Positions 15,189 through 26,553 of a stretch of DNA of 64,000 bases are shown here, in pieces. The stretch lies in contig JALDTO010000155.1 in NCBI GenBank assembly GCA_023515725.1, positions 1,088,984 through 1,152,983 of the forward strand, read 5' to 3'. The notes under the pieces are model-generated. The model was given only the letters and a program-made list of their open reading frames with translations, searched no databases and was not told the origin of the DNA. Position 1 is the first letter of the stretch. Each line of letters starts with the position of its first letter. The stretch comes from Amoeboaphelidium protococcarum X5. Its lineage: Eukaryota > Fungi > Aphelidiomycota. The translations under genes were made by a program, and so were the position numbers.

Positions 15189-15552
15189 ATGGATTCGGCC
15201 GCGATCGTGAGCCGATTGTCTAACAAGAAGGGCGTGCTCGGTGTGGTTGTGTTGTCCGCTGTGGATAATGCTGTGGTGGAGAACACCTTTTCAGATTTGG
15301 ATACCGGCCTCAAGTATGCTTAACAATACTCAAAACTGTGTGGATATGCTTCATCTGCAGTCACCGAACTGAATCAATCTGATGCTCTAAAATTTATACG
15401 CATACGGTCTAATATGCAGGAGATTGTAGTAACTCGTGGTAAGTTTTATTCATCCATGTCATTAGAGTTTATTGGTCTTAGGGGGGTGATTAGAATATAT
15501 TGTAGACGATACTTTTCTAATGATAGTGGTTCAAGATGTTACTCAGTTATGA
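15189..15552 (+). CDS. Dynein light chain, roadblock/LC7 type (one intron near 15439-15505)
   Basis: RLSNKKGVLGVVV...LKFIRIRSNMQEIVV...FLMIVVQ. Confidence 0.85.
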
Positions 15553-16108
15553 TTGGGTTACGTGTAAATATTAATTCTATGGTCAAATATACCATTTTTA
15601 CATGTTAAATCTTCAATTATCTTGTCAGTTAATGAATGGTACTCAAAGCAATACATATTCAGATCTCTTAGATTGGGCAATCTCTCAAATTAGGTTGTCT
15701 CTCCATCTGATGGAGCTTTGAAAAATTCACAATCTCAACGTTACCTTTCAACGCGCGTAGTTAAAAGTATCGTTAGAATGTTCAGGTACGCTGAAAGTAT
15801 AATAGAGAAAAATATTATATATCTATCTATCAATATTCATGATTGTCTGGCAATGTGTTCAAATGTATCGTTATGAGATGTGTAGGTGATAAGTGCAACA
15901 TCCTGGCAACCATTCAATCAACTGCTCAGTTATCGTTTCATCTTCACGACCGCGGCCGACCGTTCCAAAACTGATTTTACTTTGTCTCTCTCTCTCTCTC
16001 TCTAATTGTTGCTCAGATTGTTCTCTTATATTAAAGTGCCGTAGTGTAATCTAGGTTGATACACAGTACTTGCTTAACTTGATAAACCATCGTAGAATAA
16101 TAATCGAT

Positions 16109-17686
16109 ATGGCTGGCATGAGCATTTTCGATTTCCTGTCCAACATTTTTGGATTTTCTATTCTGATTAGTGGTGTGTATTATGGCGTATACAAGCCTGT
16201 TGGTGAAAATCAGACTGGAATTGACCGCTGTGGCTAATAAAATTATTGCGCTGAAGATAAGGAGGATGTTCACGGGAAGATGATGTCCACTTCATAATGC
16301 TGCACCTAAACTGATTCTGCGATTAATTGCGTTGATAGCGAGACTTAAACTTTGAATGTTGGACTTAATACAATAGGAACGTAGACTGATGCCGCCCTAT
16401 CGAACCAGGAAGACTCTTGCACGTAGAATACATCAGCGTCGAATGATTCGAATAACATGCATGCAGATAAATAATCCTGTGTACCTGCACCACCTCCGAA
16501 AGCACCACCGATGCCTCCGCTGTTATTGAATATGAATGCTTTGAAGCCAAAGTATAAGTTGTGTCCTATACCGCTGGTCAAGCCTTCATCATCTCTTTTA
16601 CTTAATTCTATTGATCTACCGCAAAGTGCTATTGAGTAATTAGATTAAAACTTTGCTCTTAAAGCATAGTTGTCTCCTCTATTGTCTGCTCAGAGTTAAG
16701 ACTCTACACTAACAGTTGATAGTGCATTCGGTAGTGAGAGAAGAGATTCTGGATTTGAAGATAGCGCCGATGGTCATTCACCTCTGATCTTGCCGCGTAA
16801 ATCTATTATAAATGGCAGAAGAAGTCACACCATTGATTTGACTCTGAGATAATTACGATTGAGTCCATCTCTGATCCGTGATGCTGTGAGTAATTTAGAT
16901 TGCTCAAAGATTGATCAGAGATCTGCATCACTTCTCCTTAAGTATATGCCTACAGATTTGGAGTTCAAGTAGTTGTAGAATGTTGGTGTGGATGGTTTGA
17001 ATGTTCCTGAGCAGTTTTTGTACTTTGCTATTCATACTGGGCAGTTTAAAGAGAGATTGGAAGCTATAAAGTTTATTCACAGCTATCAAGAGGTCTCCGC
17101 CGAGTGTTTTATTCAACTGGATAATGTTTAAACGGCGATTGATGTTATTTAATCACTGTAGATGGAATTGGATCTCATTGTGTCCGCTGCGTCCAAGTTG
17201 ACTTTGAAGATGAACGATGGTCGTGTGGCTTCACTGGTTGCCACAGACTCTATAGTGCGACTTACTGACGCTCATAAACTCAAAGAGATTAGAGCGAATA
17301 ATAAGCGCCTCTCACTTTTTGATATTCTGATTGCAGTAGTTAAATAGGTCAATCCACTGGCTATGGATAAAGTCAAGTAACTGGATGTTCTCCTCAAGTG
17401 TCAGGGAATTAAGAATCTCAAATATTCATCTCAAGTGGAGCAACTTTAGGATGGTATTGATAGCCTTAAATTTGTATCGGATAACTTGAATGATTAAACC
17501 GTAAATAATTTGGTTCAATCTCATATAAAGACAGCCAATGACAATCTGCAAAGCCTGATATCAAGAAAGCAATCAGTTTAATCAGATCTTCTCTCTTTAA
17601 TGCAGCGATATTGTGGCGAAGATCTAACCGAGTACGAGAACAACATCGGTGAATTTATGAAAGCGGTGTCACTGCTTAAATCATGA
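16109..17686 (+). CDS. Divergent formin (N-terminal hydrophobic anchor, TQT repeats, short FH1, FH2-like domain)
   Basis: 525 aa. PAPPPKAPPMPP followed by FH2-like RRSHTIDLTLRQLRLSP..IRDAV, LLKYMPT, EQFL, ERLEAIKF, KLKEIRANNKRLSLFDIL. Confidence 0.75.
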
Positions 17687-17911
17687 AAAATTTGAATTTA
17701 TAGATGATTATATAGTCAGCACTCATAGTTGTTCATTATCATATCTTCTTAACCTCTGAATATCATCAGATTTTTATTAAATTTTTACTTTCAGGGTCTG
17801 TATCGACTGAAAATTCCACTAAATGATTTGCCTCCTGGTCTTGTGCGAAATCGTGTCAAAAAATTAGATTTGATTGTCCATTGATCCAGTCACTGATTAA
17901 AGTTAATAAGA

Positions 17912-18829
17912 ATGGATCTTTAGTTTATTGCGTAGTAGCTGATAGATTAGATAAATCTACATGAAAGTAGAGAAATCGCTCCTGCTCCACCAAAGATTGA
18001 AGAAGTGAAGAAGGATGCGGAGAGGATATCACTGGCCTCTTACTTGTAGTCAAAGAAGAGTCTCGATCAGTTGATAAATAAACATTTACCTAACTCCACT
18101 GTTATTGATGATAGCGAAAGTGATATATCTATATCCGATGATGATGATGATGATGATAATGAAGATTAACAAGACGTAATTCTTGAAGAAGGTCAAGTAG
18201 TTGGTGATGGCTTATCTCATGGCAGAAATGCGATCATTAATTCAGGTGAGATGGATGATGAGGACTCTCCAGATGCAAAATTTATACCCAGGACGCGTCA
18301 TGAAGTTGACAAGATTGAAATACCGCCTCTGCCAGTGAAACAGTTGCCGAAAAATTATCTGTTATATCCAGTGGGCTAGATCCTCGCCGTGGTTGATGAT
18401 ACAGTGGTAGTTCAGGGGCGTACGATGGATGGACTGAGTGGACAGTTGCCGCTTGATGAGGGAACACTGTTGGCGTTTGCTGATCGCTCTGTTCTTGGCC
18501 TGATCTTTGACACATTTGGACCCATTACATAGCCGTTGTACTCTATTAAGTTCAATACTACTGCAGATATTGATGTTGAAAGATGCGTAGTTGGCGCCAT
18601 GGTATACTCCTGTCCTGATTACGTGAAGCCGATAATGACAGAGTAGTTGAAGCAGATTAAAGGATCTGACGCAAGTAATCTTTACGATGAAGAAGTTGGA
18701 GCGAACGAGGCTGAATTCTCCGACGATGAACAAGAGCAGAGTATTAAACGGTAGAATAAGAGGAAGAATTAACATAAAAAGTAATCATAATCAGACTCTC
18801 TAGGTGGATAGGCGCGTCATGTAATCTGA
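17912..18829 (+). CDS. NAF1: H/ACA RNP assembly factor Naf1
   Basis: Gar1/Naf1 domain (LDEGTLL...[20 protein letters not shown]) and [13 protein letters not shown]...EFSDDEQE. Confidence 0.92.
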
Positions 18830-18876
18830 GAATGCATACTTCAATATGAATTCTGATCTATAAAGTACTTATTATC

Positions 18877-20403
18877 TCAATTCATATCTGTAATCAATGC
18901 TTTCTTCTCTTTTCTCTTGACACTATCTCTTAATGATCTTTTGCGGCTGAACAGTTTTTCAAATCCTCTGTAATTGTCAGCATTTACATCTACGGCTGGT
19001 TAAGGCTTTTCACCGATCGATACCTTCTAGTATTGCTCGTCAACATAAGCCATGACAAATTAAGCTAGACTCTTGTCATAATCAGTAACGAAGCTAATCA
19101 GCTCTCCTTCCCTGTTGGCGCGCGCAGTTCTCCCAGCTCTATGCATGTAATTGATGGCATTGGTAGCAAAATCAAACTGCACAACCTTACTGATCTACTT
19201 ATCAAAGTCCACGCCACGAGATAACACGTCTCCAGTTACAATAATCTAACTTGGACTAGTCTCTTACACCAGGGAATCCACAAAGCGCTAAAGCACATTA
19301 GACTTTTCACTTTTTTGAATCCTGGAGTGTATTCGATCCACTGTAATATTAGCCAACGCTGGCGATTCTTACAACTTTACGCCGAGCTATTAATGTACTT
19401 TATCCACTTAACTTACAGAGTTACAGAATACCAGCATCTTCTATCCGGTGGCATTTTCGCGAATGATGTTCATGAGCTCCTTGATTTTGAGCTGAAATAC
19501 CTCAGCAGAGTTGTTTTGCACATCAGCGGATCCATCGGATTAAGACGAAGATATTTAAATAAACTCCTGTCTAAGTGAAGATGGAAATCGATGATAATTG
19601 GAGCTACTAATGACTTTAACATTACGAACCTTTGATGATACTATTGAGTCTGCAGACACCAGTCCTTTAGGAAGAGTCGCACACGCGAATATGCATTACA
19701 GATTAGATTAGCCACGATTCTATTATTATTATTATTATTATTTTGAGAATTTTAGAATATTGCAGAACGTTGTCACCGGACTATATGATTTCGAACGCTC
19801 ACCATCACCAAACATCAAATCCACTTCGTCCACTAGCAGGTATTGAAGTTGAGAAAAGAGCTGCTTATGCAAGTGTTACACGGTGTGAAGCGTCTAAAAT
19901 GTAGATACAACTATATCAGTCTGAGGTGGCAGATACAAACTACCAGAGTCTTCAGAGTCCTCATTTATTAAAAGTTTGCTAGTAAGCCCGAGAGCAGGAG
20001 TAAATTTATTAACAACACCGGCGACTTGACGCGCCAACTGATTATTCGGAGATATGAATAGAGATCGCATCTGATACTTGCCGCCAGCTGATGAAACTCC
20101 TTATGATTAATGCAAATTCTATAGGAGTGGCAGTAAGATTGCTAGTGTCTTTCCACTGCCACATTCAGCCAATACGATAGCATTCTCCCTATTCAGCAGC
20201 GGACCGATGCATTTTGACTAAATTTCAGTTGGTATCAGAATATCATTTGCGGCTAAAGTGGCTAATATCGCAGGATCCAAATTCAGACTACGGAAGGATG
20301 CTACCGAGTAACTCTACTTGAAGCATATTGTATTTAAAGCATTATCTAGATTTCCTAGTGATACACGCGACCTGTGACGCGTTACAATCTGACGGAGCAT
20401 CAT
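18877..20403 (-). CDS. DEAD-box RNA helicase, probably mitochondrial (DDX28/Mrh4-like)
   Basis: Q motif PTEIQ (Q=TAG), AECGSGKT, DEVD, YMHRAGRTAR, C-terminal FSRKRS; basic N-terminal presequence. Confidence 0.88.
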
Positions 20404-20835
20404 AGTCAATCTTGCAGTTGTTTGAAAAGGTGTCAAAGATTGATGAAAAAGATGGAAACAACTACAATGAAGCGGCTCCTCAAGTTGCAACAAGTAAAGA
20501 TAGAGAAAGAAACAAGCATAGAAGAATATTTGGAATGAAGTACAATATATAAAATCATTCCATTCATTATTAAATAGTGCAAAGGCACTACCCAGACCCG
20601 AACTGCTGCCAAGGATCCACCTGTCATCTCTGCGCCAGAAGGTTTTACGAACAGTGAGTTTTAACTGAACGCTCCCCTTACCCGGCGTCAGTCCCACTTA
20701 CTAGCCTATAACATTGAGACGATCAGTGAAAGAGTAGCAGATTCGAGGATTCACCATGCAGTCAGCTCGGGCCCAGTCGCTCCCAATTGTTGTGAGCCAT
20801 GGTACCATTAAGGTCCATTTGGCCAGATTTTTTAT

Positions 20836-20998
20836 GCACCGTAGATTATCGTGCTAGTAGAGACTTGAGTCTTGCTACTTTAATTAGACACCGTAAGTTA
20901 TCGTGCCAATCTAGTTCATTTTTTCTCTTTTTTATGCACCTTTAATTATCGTGCTTCTTTTATCTTTTTATTGTCTTAAGCACCTTATTTTATCGTGC
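20836..20998. repeat. Four spaced copies of RCACC-N5-TTATCGTGC
   Basis: Copies at 20836-20854, 20888-20906, 20936-20954 and 20980-20998. Confidence 0.9.
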
Positions 20999-22086
20999 TT
21001 TCGTCGTCTTTGGGTACAAACTTCTTAGAGTAGCGACTTTACTCAAGGAATCATAGAGATCAGATCAGGGAACCGACATACAACGACAGAGCGCAAGAGA
21101 GACATTGTGACATCATTAGGATGTTACAGAGAAACTAGGACTTGTGACAAAACCATGATGAGCAGGAGGACGAGGTATAATCAGATCATAGAGTCCTATA
21201 CCAGGAGGACATAGAGCAGACATCTTACGCACTGTGATCTACCACACCTACACATAACATATATCATTAAAATCACACTACAAAAGTGACATCTGAAAGA
21301 TAAGCGTACCGAGTAAGCGCAATGACGGGACTATTGTTGGAGAAGGATAGAGTAGCGCCATCAACCTACAGCCGAAAGCAGGTAGACGAGGAACAGGAAA
21401 CAACAAGCTGACCACAGACTGAGAAGAGGATGAACAGGAGGAGGAAGAGGCGACCTCAGCATCCAAGAAGAGTGGAGACTACCAGAACCAGATGCAGTTA
21501 AGGGACAAGACTATGCAGAAACATCAGAGCAGAGCAAGCAGTGGAGACAGAGGCGAGCAACAAATGTAGGATAGTTTCAAAGGTCGCAGTAGATGCTTGA
21601 GACTACAGTAGCAATGGCAGTCGAGGTAGACCAGTAGATACCAACTATCAGAGTATGACAATGTTGGATTGTATTATCTAGCAAATGTTGTTTGAGGAAG
21701 AAGAAGCAGGACTGTTGTGGGAATTGTGGGTTGTGAAATCTCATTGTTTACTCGATTGCGTACTTGTGAAACGAGGCCTCGCCTTTGAATCGATGGGCCT
21801 CTAGTGCCAACTCGGTCAGATCTGGTCCGATTTACCTCGCTACTTCATCATGAAGCGTTTCAGAATACAAGCTTTATGCTGATATAAATATTATGTGCAG
21901 AACTTGGTAAAAGCATAAAGATAAGAGTCAAATAATTGATTCAAGATCTGAAACGATCGCGAGAGTCGCTGAAACATCGGCTCGCTCAGGAGAGCGCGTC
22001 TGTTTCAGACAGAGCAAGTAAAACCATCCACACTGCATGAAAATCATACTACAGTGAGCTAATACATTGAAATACAACCAGCAACT

Positions 22087-23955
22087 TCACTCATCAAATA
22101 CAATTGCATCGCTATCGTCGATAACAATTTCAACTTTTGCCTTCTTTTGTTGCTGTGAATCAGAGCTTTCAATATTGGAACCATCCCCTTGAGGTGCTTC
22201 CTCTTCATCGCTACCTGAACGACGGCGTTTATTTGACACGACGACAGGCTTTTTAAGCAACGGACTCAACTTAATTTCACCAACATCTTAAACGCCGGCA
22301 CCGTCAATGACAAAGAGCTAGAGAGGAGTAAAAATTTCATCATCATCTTGAATGTTCAACACGAGTTATTAACTCTGCTTTGGCATGAAATCTTTCAAAG
22401 CCTTCTCCAGATTATCGTCAAAATCTTCATCATACAATAGAGAACCAGCAGATGTACTGATAGATATGTCACTACCACCCATTGACTTCCGTACAGCTTC
22501 GACCAACGTACTCAATTCAATTTTTGAGCAATTCAACTGCAGATTTTAATACTGAACCTTGTGGGAACTGCAAACAGCGCAATCTTTTGCAGGTGATTCA
22601 AGCTGATCAGGCTATAACCAGTGCTTACCTTCGTAGCTCAAATAAACCTTTTTAATTGCGGAAGTGGACATCAAGTTTTTCAAACTTTAATGCAAACCCA
22701 CTCCCTTCTCAAGTTTATCTGCAATTTTTAAAGCCATCCTAGTCTGAAAAGCAGCTACAATTGCATTGGACGATGCAACTGCAGGTATAATATTCCCAGC
22801 CATTTACTTGGCTTCAAACAAGCTCTTTTATGGCTTGATGTGATAGATATGAGATCTCAAATTAGATGCTGCAGTCACAAACCTCATTGCGTCCTCATCA
22901 TCCTTGTCGAAATCTAAACTTTCACCATTTCCGTCTTTAAATCTAAGCGCCAACTTGGAACAACTTTCAATGAACACGGCATAGTTTCTTTACAGTGGCC
23001 ACACTGAATGTTCATCATCGACATCACGGCTAGTATTACCAGCTTTTGTACTACCAACAGTACTATTTTTGTCCGTCTTGAGATGTTGGGCAGACAATGG
23101 CACCGGTCTAACTCTTCCAGGCTTATTCCACATTTCATCAACGGAGGCAACTCTACGAACATCTTTATCGAAGATTTTATTAAATACGCGCTAAGAGTAA
23201 AGATGTTCATTCAATTTACCATCCTTTTATGAAGCAACCCCATCTTTAAACAAAAGAAACTATCTCAACTGGGACAACTCTTGCTACTCCTGTTACAATT
23301 GTGCCAATTCCTCAGCGTTATCACCTTCATCATTAGCACCATCACCTCCAGCAGGCGAAGACTCGGATGACTCTCCAAACAAGACATTGAACAACCAGCT
23401 TTTGGCCCAAACAATACAATGGATCGGTAGACTCGGAGTACTTCTAATAGTACATACAGCGAAAGACTTGGTATCAGGAGTCTTTGGCACACAATCAAAG
23501 CACTATGTAATTCCAGGAATATGTGCAGTAGCCTAACCATTGAGACCAGCTGTACCAGATTCAATCAATGGCTTATTACACACAACAGCCATTCTATTAA
23601 CATGGCTCCTTGCCTCCAGATTGTCTAAGGCATTGATAACAATATCAAATTGAGAGAAGAATTCAACATTAAATCGAGGATCAGTTATAATGTTCGCATG
23701 CAGAGCTTCAATTTGCAATTTTGACCGAAGAGAAGGATGAGCAAAGGCTTTCACAGCCTCACATGCCACCTAAGATTTACTCTACTTTATGTGATGAGAT
23801 CTAAAAAGAAATTATCTGTTCAAATTAGACAAGTCAATCGTATCCAGATCCACCACAGTCATTTGAGGGAAGCCAGCAAGTACAAGATTTTTCAATAATT
23901 CGCACCCAATTCCACCAGCACCAACAACCAACAAATTGACATCCTCAATCTTCAT
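22087..23955 (-). CDS. UBA2: SUMO-activating enzyme subunit 2
   Basis: [26 protein letters not shown] (Q=TAA), [41 protein letters not shown]. Confidence 0.95.
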
Positions 23956-24886
23956 TCTTCTACAATTCAAAAGAGTGTTAATAATTTACAGGATAGATGA
24001 AGCAAATAATATTCAGTGGTGAAGTATGAAGCCCCGCGTTACTATGAAAAGAGAGATTGAAAAGAGACGCGTATTGCACAAGACGATTTCACGTTTCAGA
24101 CGCGTTGTCTTTTGCAAGCAACACGCCGTTATAATCGACTCATCCAGCTTATTGGTCCGACTCTCACCTTGCAGTTTTAGTTTGTTTCAAAACTCGTTCT
24201 TGGTTGAAAGAATAGCGTCAATTCTGATTAATAAGCCGGATTAATCATGAGTAAAGACTACCTGAAATTGAAACACGTCGGGGAAGTGTTGCTCAATGAC
24301 GCGTGTTTATGCATATTTGCACTCTATCAATTTAAATAGACAGTTCAAGCAGAGAATAATAAATACACAACCACTAACGTACATACATATTCTTTATCAC
24401 GTTAACGAGCGATATCGCGAAATCAATCAAACCACATTGAATACTGTGACTAATAATGTCAATTTGCAGAACTAGATTAAGGCAGTTCTTAGATTCTATC
24501 TCCCGCTAGTCTACATCAAAAGGATAATCATTAATACTTAGAATTATGATAAAAGGAAGCCACGTCAACGTACTTTAAAAAGTTTCGAACGAACGGAACG
24601 CATATCACCTTGTCTTTCACGCTTTCACATTCATATTAAACGAGTGATATTATGTCCAACTTATTCTTGGCCACTCCTTTATTTTCCTATTAATTATCGC
24701 TACCAATTTACCGTTCCATTTTAAGATTAAAGTATTTAATTTAACCCAGTTGGGAGAACAGATGCTTTCAGTAAACGCCAAAAAAGTGAAAGGAAAACGA
24801 TTTCAATTTCTCTCTCAGCGAAAACGCCTCCAAAATTTACACATTTGGATTCTGTGTTAACATCAACATTTATAGATTGAGTGAGA

Positions 24887-25249
24887 ATGAGTTCGCATCC
24901 AATGTTAGAAATTGACTCGGATAGTGCATCTACGGCTGATTTGGATATTATTTAGGACGAGTCTGGTATGCTAATGGGTAGTCAAGAGTTGGTGTCTCCT
25001 GTCTCAGGAACGTAGCAGAAACGTTCAATGACACCCAGAGGTTCCATTAATCACACTAACAGCATTGGTCAATCATCACGGTAAAGACACTATGGAGCTG
25101 ACAATGTATCGAACATGGCTTCGAATCTCCTTCCGTCAGAGAAAAGGCAGCGGTAAATTATGGATTTCAACATGGGATAACCTGGGCGTACTAAAATTGT
25201 CCATCAAGATGCAAACATTTTCTTTGGCGATTTGCTTGAATAAAAATGA
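24887..25249 (+). CDS. Small disordered protein, C-terminus weakly CSN9/CSNAP-like
   Basis: 120-aa ORF under UAR=Gln ending IMDF...KIVHQDANIFFGDLLEQK. Confidence 0.45.
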
Positions 25250-25503
25250 ATGTCTGTCTAATAAAATCATATTGATAAATTATCATTTTATACCATCAGC
25301 TGCTATCAACTAAGCGAGTTACATCTTGACTTTATACTTACAAAATAACCAACCATTTTATTAGCGAAGAGACACTGACCGTTTCAACCAAAGGCGACGA
25401 TGATCGCGCGAATGCTTTCCTTTGAGAGCAGAGTTGGCGGCTTAAGAGAGCTAAAGATATACTTGCGGTAGTACAGTACTTTGTAGATAGATCAGTGATC
25501 ATT

Positions 25504-26331
25504 ATGAAATTCATTGTTCAATTGTTAGTCTCAGTGCTTCTCCATCAATTGGCTGTGGCAGATGGAGGTGCCAATTGCAAAGTCGAGTTCAATGGTGTCA
25601 AATATGACCTCAATGGCCTTGCAAAGAGCGATTAGAATTACGTTATTTCACTGCCTAAATCCTCGGTGAATTCCAAGTCTTAGGATTCAGAATTGCTTTT
25701 AAACGTGTGCAAGTAACTCTATAATGTCACAGAGCTAAATGGGGCGAATTCTGCAGCAGCCATCCGTGACAAATCTAATTCGAAGACTATATCTATTGGC
25801 TCTGTGGAGAAGTAGAAACTTGCGGTGGTTGATGGTAATCTGTTTTTGGAGTATGCTAACGGAGCCTCATGCAACAATGGGGATACATCCAAGACTATAG
25901 TTAGATTTCTCTGCGACTAATCGATTGACGTTGGTTCTCCTAAATATTTGTTTGACGATGGGTGCGTCTACTTGCTCTAATGGAGGACAAAGTATGGATG
26001 TTACGGCTCAAATGCGCCTTCATCTAATGATGGTGGTGGGAAAGATAACTCATCAAATGTGAGTCGCGGCATGGGATTCTTCTCTACGCTTCTATTTGTG
26101 TTTGCTCTTGCATTCTCAACGTACCTGATGATTGGCTTGTATTAGAGGAGAAGTCAAGGTCATCGCGGATGGGATTAGTTGCCTAATGCCGAGTTTTGGA
26201 AATCTTTAGCGGCTAATATAAAGAGCGCGTTTTCACGTAGAGCGGCAGCTGGTGGCTATTCAAGTCTTGGTCGAAGTGAAGCCAGTCGCGGTGGTGTTGC
26301 TTTAACTGATGATCACGAAGAGGAAATATGA
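25504..26331 (+). CDS. Mannose-6-phosphate receptor-domain type I membrane protein (CD-MPR/Mrl1/Atg27-like)
   Basis: Signal peptide, YDL, LNVC, LEYANGASC, IVRFLC, CVYLLQWRTKYGC, a TM helix, and tail GWDQLPNAEFW plus YSSL. Confidence 0.88.
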
Positions 26332-26553
26332 TCCATTACATGTATCCTACCTAGACATAGCCGAGTGTTAGTTACACTCTATAAGATTGCCTCATTAGTA
26401 TTAAAAGTAATATGTAAATTCAAAATTTTTTTAAAATCTTCTATTTCATCATTTCACCGTAACCATTTCTCATCACAACTACATGTATACGCACGGCAAA
26501 TTCTTATTCTCTCTAGTTGCTACCATCTTGAGTGCTATGGACACTGAGTTCAT

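Noticed and set aside
15189-17686. Functional cluster of the dynein light chain and the TQT-bearing formin
   Set aside because: Roadblock is not the TQT-binding LC8, and adjacency in a compact genome is uninformative.
20836-20998. CRISPR array
   Set aside because: Only 19-bp units with variable centres, shrinking low-complexity gaps, no cas genes, and a eukaryotic context.
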